Positions 1-8,408 of a stretch of DNA of 32,000 nt are shown piece by piece. The stretch's first letter is position 1; each line of letters begins with the position of its first letter. The notes beneath the pieces were generated by a model. The model saw nothing but the letters and a program-made list of their open reading frames with translations. It did no database searches and was not told the origin of the DNA. Origin of the DNA: Candidatus Harpocratesius repetitus (GTDB lineage Archaea; Asgardarchaeota; Lokiarchaeia; Sigyniarchaeales; Promethearchaeaceae); the NCBI GenBank assembly GCA_021498095.1, contig JAIZWK010000001.1, positions 2,280,001-2,312,000 of the forward strand. Direction: 5' to 3'. The position numbers were made by a program, and so were the translations under genes.

Positions 1-1
1 G

Positions 2-274
2 ATTCGAACTCCGATAATTCCTCAATTCACTGCCAGAGATGAAAACATTAAGGGGATTGCGCGTTTTATTCATGATAAACTTGGAGATACTGTTGAACGC
101 TGGGATTTATTGGCATTTAATAATATGGCTCAAGCAAAATATGAACGGTTAAATATAGATTGGCCGCTCAGAACGCAACCTTTGATGACAAAAGATGAAA
201 TGAATCATTTCCTTCAGATTGCATATAATGTTGGAGTAAAACAAGTTCAATGGGATGGACCGACCAAAATATAA
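2..274 (+). CDS. Glycyl-radical enzyme activating protein (PflA-like radical SAM), C-terminal fragment; 5' truncated by window
   Basis: My translation of frame 2: IRTPIIPQFTARDENIKGIARFIHDKLGDTVERWDLLAFNNMAQAKYERLNIDWPL...GPTKI*. It resembles the activase C-terminal pattern IRxPxIPxxxD..ENI..IA.F...LL.(F/Y)...AKY..L. TAA at 272-274. Confidence 0.75.
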   Translation: MRTPIIPQFTARDENIKGIARFIHDKLGDTVERWDLLAFNNMAQAKYERLNIDWPLRTQPLMTKDEMNHFLQIAYNVGVKQVQWDGPTKI

Positions 275-284
275 CACTATTAGC

Positions 285-334
285 GAGTGTTGATAAATGT
301 TGATGAGCATTTATGAGTGTTGATGAGTGTTGAT
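285..334. repeat. Imperfect 10-bp tandem repeat, 5 units (consensus GAGTGTTGAT)
   Basis: gagtgttgat/aaatgttgat/gagcatttat/gagtgttgat/gagtgttgat read directly at 285-334. Confidence 0.85.
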
Positions 335-456
335 ATGTTTAAGCAAGATTTTAATCATTTAAAAGCCATCAAGATGAAATGACCTTTTTTTAAAAATACA
401 ATTTCGATTAATAGAAAAAAGAAAGATAATAATTATAAAAAAATGTGAAGTAAAAA

Positions 457-1335
457 ATGAATGAAACGAGTAAAGATCTTCAATGGTTTCCTCAATTGGA
501 TGATGAAGAGATAAAATTCACCCATACGGAGATAATGGCTAAATTCGTTGCATCAATTGATGCAAATGGATATCCTCATTTGAGTTTTATTACCTCAAAT
601 AAGGCAATTTCGCCGGATATAGTAAAATGGGGGGAATTTACAAAAGGAATGAGTAAATCTAATGTGTTAGCCAATCCAAAACAAGGATTTTTATACATGA
701 CTGCTGAAATGCCCTTTAGATTTTTGCAAATTAAAGCAGATTTAGATTATATCTCCACTGAAGGGGAAGATGCTGTCGATTTTAATCAAATGAGCTTGTT
801 CCGATATAATACATATATGCGTATATATAAAGTATATTTTAATAAGGTTAAATCTGCGCGAAAATGTCGAAAAATCTCATTATTGGGAATTATAAAAGGA
901 ATTTTGTTGAACTTAAATCCATTTAGATTTCGAGGAAAAACCGGAAAACAAGAAAAGCGTGTTGGGGCAGTAGGTAAACGATTATTCAGTGGACCTATTT
1001 TTCCAAAATTTATTAGTTATATAGATAATGATGGTTATCCTGTTATTATTCCTTGCTTTCAAGCACGAATTGTAGAAAATAAACGTATTGTAATTCCATT
1101 TTCTCAGTTTTCTAAGGATTTGCGGCAAATTCCAGCTGGGGCGAAAGTTTCTATGTTTGCAATGGATTTTGAAACAGTAAATCAAATGATAAAAGGAACA
1201 TATTTGGGAGTTCAAAAAAAGGTGGGAATTGTTGATATTGAAGTCGTATATAATTCTATGCCGCCTAAAGTAGGGGAAATATATCCGAATAAAGTAAAAT
1301 TGAAAAAAATCACGGAGTTTCCTGAAATATTATAA
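457..1335 (+). CDS. Protein with two tandem pyridoxamine 5'-phosphate oxidase-like (FMN-binding split barrel) domains
   Basis: Internal repeat KFVASIDANGYPHLSFI (N-half) / KFISYIDNDGYPVIIPC (C-half), matching the split-barrel 'AT.d.dG.P' first strand motif. Confidence 0.65.
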   Translation: MNETSKDLQWFPQLDDEEIKFTHTEIMAKFVASIDANGYPHLSFITSNKAISPDIVKWGEFTKGMSKSNVLANPKQGFLYMTAEMPFRFLQIKADLDYISTEGEDAVDFNQMSLFRYNTYMRIYKVYFNKVKSARKCRKISLLGIIKGILLNLNPFRFRGKTGKQEKRVGAVGKRLFSGPIFPKFISYIDNDGYPVIIPCFQARIVENKRIVIPFSQFSKDLRQIPAGAKVSMFAMDFETVNQMIKGTYLGVQKKVGIVDIEVVYNSMPPKVGEIYPNKVKLKKITEFPEIL

Positions 1336-1381
1336 AATTTTTTACTTTTAAATTTTTTTTCGTTTATTATTTGTTTTTTTT
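1336..1381 (+). terminator. T-rich tract, likely archaeal oligo(U) terminator
   Basis: Several T6-T9 runs immediately after the TAA of 457..1335. Confidence 0.4.
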
Positions 1382-1438
1382 TACTTTTGACCTTATACTT
1401 TTGAGTTTATACTTTTGACCTTTTTACTTTTGACTTAT
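1382..1438. repeat. Imperfect 14-bp tandem repeat, 4 units with core TACTTTTGA
   Basis: tacttttgacctta/tacttttgagttta/tacttttgacctttt/tacttttgacttat starting at 1382, 1396, 1410, 1425. Confidence 0.85.
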
Positions 1439-1548
1439 CATTCTTTTAATTATAATGATGAAAAAAAGATAAGATTTTAAAAAATATGGTTAATTTTTCA
1501 AGATCTCTCATATCTATTTTATTTTTTCGATGATATTTGTAATTGGAT

Positions 1549-1824
1549 TTAATTTTTCGCTTTTTTTACTATCCAAATGATGAACAATATTAAGAAAATA
1601 ACTGTTAATCCTATTGCCATTGCTAATGTTAATACGTATATAATAGCCATTCCTAATGCTTGTCCAAAAGCTGCTCCAATAGAATCAGCTGTTGGAGAAT
1701 CTCCATATCGTATTGAAAGACTTACAAACCAGAACAACGCAGAAGCGAGAAAAAAAACAATTACAAAGAATAATAGACATAAATAAGATTTTTTACCAGA
1801 ACTCATAATAATCAATAATAACAA
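1549..1824 (-). CDS. Small integral membrane protein (2 predicted TM segments), hypothetical
   Basis: 91 aa, two long hydrophobic stretches ending in a basic KKAKN tail; the true start may be the second Met. Confidence 0.55.
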   Translation of the reverse strand: MLLLIIMSSGKKSYLCLLFFVIVFFLASALFWFVSLSIRYGDSPTADSIGAAFGQALGMAIIYVLTLAMAIGLTVIFLILFIIWIVKKAKN

Positions 1825-1926
1825 TAAAAAGCGAGCTTTAAAATTATATCGTATATCCTGTTATTGATGTATTTTAACAAAGGAGTTAATAGGATCTTCT
1901 TTCTCTTTTACTTGATTATTTCTCGT

Positions 1927-2655
1927 TTACCAAGGCACATCCTTTTTATATAATAAATAGCCAACCCAGTTAGCAATTGCTGTAATTAAAGGAGTAATAA
2001 GAAGTAAGAAAATCCAGTAATACCATGTAAGTGGGTACCAAATCAAGGCAATTAAACCTGAAATGATAATAAAATCATTTTGATCCCAAAATAGAAAAGG
2101 CTCTCCGCGTTTACGTTTTCGCCGCCTTTTAAAAAAACTTCCAATTGCATCACCAATTGGACTTCCCAGGGCAATAAATAATTGACTAACTATGTAGGTT
2201 TTAAAATTAATTCCTGTTTTAATAAATGTAAAAATGTAATCTTGTGTAATGAATTTCAACATACTGTAATCTTCAGCACTTAAAATTAATTGAAAAAACC
2301 ACCAACAAATTAATGCACTCAAAAGAAATCCAGTAATCCAACCACCAATAAAACCATTCCAAGATTTGCCTTCTCCAAAAATTCGCTCGCCATCTTTAAA
2401 TAATTTTCCCCCGTCTAAAGGATATCTAGGAACTCCCTTTATTTTTCCCACAAAAACCATCATACCATTTGTGATAAAAGCAGGAACTAAGATAAAAAAC
2501 GCCAATCCCATAATAATTATTGCGTCTAAAAGAGTATATATTACAGACCAAATTACTAAATAACTTATAAGCAAGATGCCGAAAATTAATACAAATTGTT
2601 TTTCTTTACGCCATTCATGTAAATCTATATTGGGATCGTCCTTTATGAGCCGCAT
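1927..2655 (-). CDS. carS: CDP-archaeol synthase (CarS/DUF46 family)
   Basis: Motifs PLDGGK..KDGERIFGEGKSWNGFIGG and GDAIGSFFKRR..RKRGEP...DQNDF; polytopic membrane protein. Confidence 0.9.
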   Translation of the reverse strand: MRLIKDDPNIDLHEWRKEKQFVLIFGILLISYLVIWSVIYTLLDAIIIMGLAFFILVPAFITNGMMVFVGKIKGVPRYPLDGGKLFKDGERIFGEGKSWNGFIGGWITGFLLSALICWWFFQLILSAEDYSMLKFITQDYIFTFIKTGINFKTYIVSQLFIALGSPIGDAIGSFFKRRRKRKRGEPFLFWDQNDFIIISGLIALIWYPLTWYYWIFLLLITPLITAIANWVGYLLYKKDVPW

Positions 2656-2765
2656 AATTCAGTCAACAATCTTGGAAAAGAAGAATTCTTTTTTTATTTT
2701 ATTATTGATTTGATTAGTTAAAAATTTGTTTAACTAAAGTGAAAATTTTATGTCGATTTTTCTTG

Positions 2766-3977
2766 TTATTCTATTATTATATATGGAATTTCTAAGGACG
2801 GATCAATTTCGTGAACTAATTTCCAAAAATATTGATCTGTCATACCAGCAATAAAATCCCGAATTATTATTTCAGCGGAATTTTCTAAATATGGATAGGT
2901 TTCATAATTATTTATTTCAGGATAACGAGTGTTAATCAATCGCAAATTCAAATCTATATGATCTCTGAATATTTTAGAAGTAAGGTCTTTATGTAAATAA
3001 TCGGACAAATAATGATCCCATAAGAGATTGTAAGCTTCTCTAATTTGAGGAAGACATCGCTTTTTATCTTGATGCAAATAAAGATTTTTTAAATTAAATT
3101 GATAAAGTGTCTCCAAAGCATGAAATATTTCTTGTGAATAAGCAATATATGGTTGATTCTTTGAATTCATTATAATATCTGAAACAAGACTGTTAATTAT
3201 CTCCCTGTTTGAAGTTCCCAATGTAGTTTTCACTAGATCTGGAATATCAGAAAATGAAAGAATTCCCAAATGCTCTGCATCTAATACATCACGGGAAATA
3301 TAACTGACTACATCTATAAATCGAACCAGAATACCTTCTAATGTCTTTGGTTGTAAAGAAACTGCTCGATCAAATCGTAAATCTTCCATTTCTTGATAAA
3401 ATACATTCCAAGAAAGACTATCATGTTGTGGTAGCGAAATTTTAGGAACTTGCTGTTCTCCATTATGTCCCAGAATCCCATCAAGGACTGGTAATGAAAG
3501 ATTTTGACGTTCAATTACATGCAAGAACCAAACACTTCCGTAATTATGATGATATGAACCAATTCCATTTTTTTGGCAGATCTGAGAAAGAATATGCTCT
3601 CCATCATGGCCGAAAGGAGGATGCCCTATATCATGTCCTAACGCAATTGCTTCAACCAAATCAGTATTTAAACCTAAGATTCCAGCTACAACTCTGGATA
3701 ATTTTGATACTAGCTGCACATGTAACATCCGATGTTGATGCATATCGCTCTGTATCCAGAAAAAAACTTGGGTTTTATCGAAATATCGAGCATATGACAA
3801 GCTATGAATAATTCTATCGCCGTCACGAACGAATGTTGACCTGTAGGATTTAGGTTCGTTAATCTCTCTTTCTGCTGAAGCGCTGGAAAATCCGAAAGGT
3901 CCTAATAATAATCTTTCTTTTCTTTGAAATTCTTGAAGAATCTGATCAATTAACCAAGTTGAAAAAGGCTTGTTCAC
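2766..3977 (-). CDS. dgt: Deoxyguanosinetriphosphate triphosphohydrolase-like HD-domain protein (dNTPase)
   Basis: RSTFVRDGDRIIHS..Y.R..DKTQVF, HRMLH, EAIALGHDIGHPPFGHDGE and C-terminal DFIAGMTDQY motifs. Confidence 0.9.
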   Translation of the reverse strand: MNKPFSTWLIDQILQEFQRKERLLLGPFGFSSASAEREINEPKSYRSTFVRDGDRIIHSLSYARYFDKTQVFFWIQSDMHQHRMLHVQLVSKLSRVVAGILGLNTDLVEAIALGHDIGHPPFGHDGEHILSQICQKNGIGSYHHNYGSVWFLHVIERQNLSLPVLDGILGHNGEQQVPKISLPQHDSLSWNVFYQEMEDLRFDRAVSLQPKTLEGILVRFIDVVSYISRDVLDAEHLGILSFSDIPDLVKTTLGTSNREIINSLVSDIIMNSKNQPYIAYSQEIFHALETLYQFNLKNLYLHQDKKRCLPQIREAYNLLWDHYLSDYLHKDLTSKIFRDHIDLNLRLINTRYPEINNYETYPYLENSAEIIIRDFIAGMTDQYFWKLVHEIDPSLEIPYIIIE

Positions 3978-4049
3978 TGTAAATCAAACTCTGATCAAAT
4001 ATGATCATCCAACATAATTTTTAAATATATCTTGATAAAATTTATTCAT

Positions 4050-4778
4050 ATGTTAACTATCTCAGAAACCGCCGCTTTAATCGGCGTCACCATCGCAACC
4101 CTACGCAGATGGGATAAAAGGGGATATTTAGTCCCAAAAAGAACTTTGGGTAATCATCGAAGATACACTTGGGAGCAGCTGGCTGATTATTTGCCCGATT
4201 CGGTGGAAATCGAAAAATTAAGTAAGGATGAAAAGATTAAATGCACCTATATTTACGCCCGTGTTTCATCGTCCAAGCAGGAAAAGGATGGAAATCTTGA
4301 CAGACAAGTCGAACGATTGAAAAAATATCATAAAAAGCATTTTACTGATGAATCACCTGCAAAAATAATTAAAGAATATGGTTCAAGCTTGAATCCGATG
4401 CGTAGAGGGTTGTGGCGGCTGCTGAAGCAAATTTAGTAGAGGAAGGTGGCACGGGTGCTGATTACTTACAAGGATCGGCTCACAAGATTTGGGTTTCCGT
4501 TTTTGGAATATGTTTGTAGGATTTATTATGTGCCGATAATCGAGGTGGAGCAGGGATTGAACACTTCTTTGGAGGAGCAGTTGGTGACGGATTTGATGGC
4601 GCTGATTGCGTCGTTTTCGGGTAAATTGTATCAGTTGCGGGCGCTTCAGGCGAAAGGCTATGATAGAGAGGAGAAAGAGCGGGAAAGAATTGATGCCATT
4701 ATCGAGAGGTATGTTAGGAGGGATTCGGAAAGAATTTTGAGCAGTTCTACAAATAATTTAATCTCTTTTTGTTGTTAG
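4050..4778 (+). pseudogene. tnpA: IS607-family transposase TnpA (MerR-like HTH + serine recombinase), interrupted by in-frame TAG TAG at 4434-4439; no tnpB
   Basis: MLTISETAALIGVTIATLRRWDKRG..KRTLGNHRRY (HTH), YARVSS (catalytic Ser), ITYKDRLTRFGF, LVTDLMALIASFSGKLY. ORFs 4032..4436 and 4446..4778 are in the same frame. Probable ATG at 4050. Confidence 0.85.
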
Positions 4779-4952
4779 GTTGTTTTTTAACTTTTTCTTA
4801 GAGCAATATGAATAGAACTTCGAATTTAAACAAAATGAAAAAGTTGCTTAAACATTTTGTAACTATTGATAAAAAGTAAAATCTGATTTTGAAAATATGT
4901 TAAAATCATTATCAAACAATTTTAATAACAAAGTATAAGAAAATTATTTTAA

Positions 4953-5606
4953 TTATTTTGTAGAGGTTTCTTCAACTAATTTAGAATAACAAAATGCCCT
5001 TTTATCAATAGTGAAAAAATCTATTTTGCGCACCCATTCTTTTCGTAATTCCCAAGTAATGCCGATTACCTGGAAAGTTCGATAGTTATACACAAATAAA
5101 TTTTTCCATGAATCAATTATTTCTTCATTTATGGCATGAAAGTACTGATCAGGATATGGAAATTCCCATTTTTTAATATTTTTTGCTTTGAGAAGCAACT
5201 TTATTTCTTTTTGACGCTTTTTAGGAAGAAAATAAAGATAATCAGGTAATAACAGCATTAACCATTTATTCCAATCAAATCTTAATAATTTTTTTTCAGG
5301 AATGTCAAATTCAATTCTGATATATTTTTTTCCAGGAATTCCATAATGCCATCTTAATTCTCGTAAATCAGGAAGGGGATTTCTATATCCTGCATACCAT
5401 ATCCAATGCCAAAATGGATATTCAATTGAAGGATTTGGGCGGGCACAATAATTTTCCAAACGATTACATATAAAATCATAAAGAATTTTTTTTTCTTCTA
5501 AAAAAGAACCGTTATATTTTTTGATTATTTTGGTATCGGGATATAAAACCGAATTAGAGTTAATAGCAGTTAAAAAATCATATGAATGAATTGCCCAAGT
5601 TTTCAT
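4953..5606 (-). CDS. DUF3841-like protein, function unknown
   Basis: YPFWHW...PDLR...W...YIRIEFDIPE..LL.FDW..W pattern and a C-terminal Q...WELRKEWV resemble DUF3841. Confidence 0.65.
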   Translation of the reverse strand: MKTWAIHSYDFLTAINSNSVLYPDTKIIKKYNGSFLEEKKILYDFICNRLENYCARPNPSIEYPFWHWIWYAGYRNPLPDLRELRWHYGIPGKKYIRIEFDIPEKKLLRFDWNKWLMLLLPDYLYFLPKKRQKEIKLLLKAKNIKKWEFPYPDQYFHAINEEIIDSWKNLFVYNYRTFQVIGITWELRKEWVRKIDFFTIDKRAFCYSKLVEETSTK

Positions 5607-5924
5607 ATATTGTTATGTTAATTAACTAATGATTTAAATTTAGCCATTGCTATCAGAGATGATCAGAAAAATTCTGAAGAATCAGATAGTGGAAAAGATC
5701 CACCTTAGATACAAATCTTAAAAAAAATTTTTTCCATTTACTTTATGCTCATATTAATTCTGAGCATTTCAGTGGACTTTAGGCATTTTTCTCTCAATTT
5801 TCACTCCAAAGATTTAAATAGATGGAATTATTTTTATGATTTAACCAATAGCGATTTTGGTTGATCATATTTGATCAGGAAAAAATAATCGCATGAATAC
5901 TATTTCCAATGAACAATTCCCTAA

Positions 5925-6848
5925 TTAACTCTTCGAGTTATTTAAATTCTCGTAAGAACGTGCATAGTGGTAAATAAATTCTTGAGCATATCCGGCCCAT
6001 TTCCCAAATAAATCTTGTCCTTTTTGTCGAATTGCTTTAATAGATGCTTTTTTGTCATTAAAGTAGTGTTGAATCATGAATTTACGCATCCATGTATCAA
6101 CCGGAAAATATGAAAGATCTCCAAATCCAAATAACTGAACACAATCTGCAATTTTTTGACCGACACCTTGAATATTTTGTAATGCTTGGTTTAATTCTAT
6201 ACCAGTTAAGATTTCAGAATGATTTTCAGATGGATTTTTAGAATGATTTTTAGATGGATTTTCTAAATTTATTGCTTTTTTAATGAAATTAGGTGTGTTT
6301 TGAACAAAATTATATATGTATTTTGCTCGGTAACCGAATCCCATCTCTACATACTGTTGCTCTGATACTGAAAGTAGTTGTTCTCGAGTGGGAAATAAAT
6401 AAAATTGCTGATTGTCAAAATTTATTGGAGTTCCAAATTGTTCTGCCAAATTATTGACGTTGCGTGTAATTCTAGGGATGTTCGAACATTGAGAAAGTAG
6501 AAATGAGATTGTGCATTCAAAAACGTCTTGCTTCAGCAGATGTAAGCCATTTGTTGCTGCTAAAATCTTTCCCATTAATGAATCTATTGAAATTCTTCGC
6601 TGAATTTGCTGATAATCGTCATTTAATCGGAAAAATGTGGATAAAATTGGCTTAAGATCTTGATTTTTATTTGAAGTGATTTCTAAAATATGATCATTTT
6701 TCTGGAATATCTTTAAGATTCGATCTTTTAATGGTATGTAATAAATTTGTGCATCATTGTTATGCTTTTGAAATCGAAAAATCTGCCCACATTCCAAAGT
6801 TTGTCGCAAATCGTAGCGTTCATGGAACTTTAATAAAAATGGAATCAT
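5925..6848 (-). CDS. ogg: 8-oxoguanine DNA glycosylase/AP lyase, OGG1-type (HhH-GPD)
   Basis: DLRQTLECGQIFRF N-terminus, QDVFECTISFLLSQCSNIPRI, GFGYRAKYI, HhH IQGVGQKIADC (catalytic K), FPVDTW (catalytic D), FGKWAGYAQ. Confidence 0.9.
   Translation of the reverse strand: MIPFLLKFHERYDLRQTLECGQIFRFQKHNNDAQIYYIPLKDRILKIFQKNDHILEITSNKNQDLKPILSTFFRLNDDYQQIQRRISIDSLMGKILAATNGLHLLKQDVFECTISFLLSQCSNIPRITRNVNNLAEQFGTPINFDNQQFYLFPTREQLLSVSEQQYVEMGFGYRAKYIYNFVQNTPNFIKKAINLENPSKNHSKNPSENHSEILTGIELNQALQNIQGVGQKIADCVQLFGFGDLSYFPVDTWMRKFMIQHYFNDKKASIKAIRQKGQDLFGKWAGYAQEFIYHYARSYENLNNSKS
6214..6261. repeat. In-frame 12-bp tandem repeat (2 x 24-bp) inside ogg
   Basis: tcagaatgattt/tcagatggattt/ttagaatgattt/ttagatggattt; encodes NPSK-NHSK-NPSE-NHSE on the minus strand. 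Confidence 0.85.
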
Positions 6849-6978
6849 TACTATACAATATGCAACAAATGATTCTCCTTAAATTCTCTGATTTTAAATT
6901 TTAAGAAAGTATGTTATGTTAATTCAAGATGTTCATCTTGTGAAAAAGCTTAAAATAAAAAATTAGCATTAGCATATT

Positions 6979-7890
6979 TTATTTTGTATTTTCTAATGGA
7001 TGAAATTCTAAATAGGCGCTTTTCAATCGAGTCATGTCATTTTTAGCGTAAATTCTGGTTGTATTTGGATTTGAGTGACCAAGTAAATCTTGTAATTCAC
7101 TTAAATCCATCCCATTTTGTCGTAAATGCGTTGCACCTGTGTGTCTTAAAACATGTGGTGTAAATTTTTTGTCATGTAAAAAATCAAATTGAGTTCGTAA
7201 TCTTTGTAAATCCTTTTGAACAAGACGTGGTTGTAAAGGTTTGTTATGTGAATTCACAAATAATGGCATAGTAGAATCTGCGCCTTCAATAAATCTATTT
7301 TGAATGAAATCGGCTAATAAATTTGCTGTTTCATGATCAAGGGGTATAAATCGCTCTTTATTTCCCTTTCCTCGAACTTTAATTGTCAGATCCTGAATAT
7401 TTACATCTTGAATTTTCAAATTACATATTTCGCTGATTCGTGCCATAGTTGCATACATTAAACGAATGGTCATCCGAAGACGGGTTTGGGGATCAAAAGA
7501 AGTGTGAAATGGACCTGAAAGATAGGTGAGAATTTTCTGCATTTCTTCTTGCTTTAAAAATTTCGGTAAAGACTCCTCTCTGCGAATTTTAGGGCTTTTA
7601 ATTGATTTCATCGGATTTTTTTGACAAATTTCGTTTTCTTCGCAAAAGTGGAAAAAAGATTTTAGACATGCTATTTTCCGCGCCAATCCTGTTTTAGAAT
7701 AATTACGTCTGTGTAATTCTCCTAAAAATTTTCGAACATGGAATCGCTGGACTTGTGTAATTGGAAGATTTCCCACAGATTTCACAAAAAGTGAGAGATC
7801 ATGGCGGTATCCTTTAATTGTATTTATTGAACATCCTTCTTCAACTTCTTTTGCCAGCAAAAATTCAGGAATTGTCTCAGATAACAGCAT
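6979..7890 (-). CDS. xerA: Tyrosine recombinase XerA/XerC-like
   Basis: Complete catalytic set: MARISE (R), GKGNKER (K), HVLRH (H-x-x-R), LLGH, TRIY (Y); N-terminal SAM-like domain; SD-like AGGGAG upstream on the minus strand. Confidence 0.88.
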   Translation of the reverse strand: MLLSETIPEFLLAKEVEEGCSINTIKGYRHDLSLFVKSVGNLPITQVQRFHVRKFLGELHRRNYSKTGLARKIACLKSFFHFCEENEICQKNPMKSIKSPKIRREESLPKFLKQEEMQKILTYLSGPFHTSFDPQTRLRMTIRLMYATMARISEICNLKIQDVNIQDLTIKVRGKGNKERFIPLDHETANLLADFIQNRFIEGADSTMPLFVNSHNKPLQPRLVQKDLQRLRTQFDFLHDKKFTPHVLRHTGATHLRQNGMDLSELQDLLGHSNPNTTRIYAKNDMTRLKSAYLEFHPLENTK

Positions 7891-8104
7891 TGCTTTAGAA
7901 ACTCCCTAATCTATTCGAGAAAGATTTCATGCTCCTAAGAGTTTTTTGTAATAAGTAAATATAATATTAGTTCGTACCTCGATCATATCTCCATATTATT
8001 CTGAAATAGGATAAATAATCTGGATTTTTCAAATAAAATCTGTTACTACTTATCCGATTCAGGTAACTTTGGTTGAAAGATTCTAATAATTCTGATTCTA
8101 AATC

Positions 8105-8260
8105 ATGTACTGGAATAATGTTTTACATTCCAACGAAATTCCTGAATGGATGAAAGTTGATGTATATGTTAATAGTGGTTATACATACATTCGAGTATCT
8201 GGGCTTTATCCTGTAAATCTTTCTTCTTCTCTCTTGTTTATTTTTTCTCTTTTATTTTGA
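8105..8260 (+). CDS. Possible small ORF or gene remnant (51 aa)
   Basis: My translation MYWNNVLHSNEIPEWMKVDVYVNSGYTYIRVSGLYPVNLSSSLLFIFSLLF*; below the ORF-track length cut-off; no family recognised. Confidence 0.2.
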   Translation: MYWNNVLHSNEIPEWMKVDVYVNSGYTYIRVSGLYPVNLSSSLLFIFSLLF

Positions 8261-8408
8261 TTTTTTCCCAATATAATGTTAAAATCTTCAAAATTCTAAA
8301 CTAAATCTTTTAATTATCTAAGTAATTAAATTCATTCTAGATTTCTCTAATTCATGAATTATTCCTTTTTTTTACATTTTAATTGAAATAAAGTAGGATT
8401 CTAAAAAA

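Noticed and set aside
1-18. Minus-strand GGAGTTCGAATC resembling a tRNA T-loop
   Set aside because: No D-arm or anticodon arm upstream on that strand; the bases encode IRTP of the activase on the + strand
285-1438. Short repeat arrays as CRISPR
   Set aside because: Units are 10-14 bp, directly abutting, with no unique spacers and no cas genes
4434-4439. Host-wide TAG recoding
   Set aside because: Host genes at 25725 and 31344 end naturally at TAG, and no other gene here has internal TAG codons
6979-7890. xerA as the integrase of a provirus or integrative element
   Set aside because: No adjacent tRNA att site, no viral, replication or conjugation genes; neighbours are housekeeping-like
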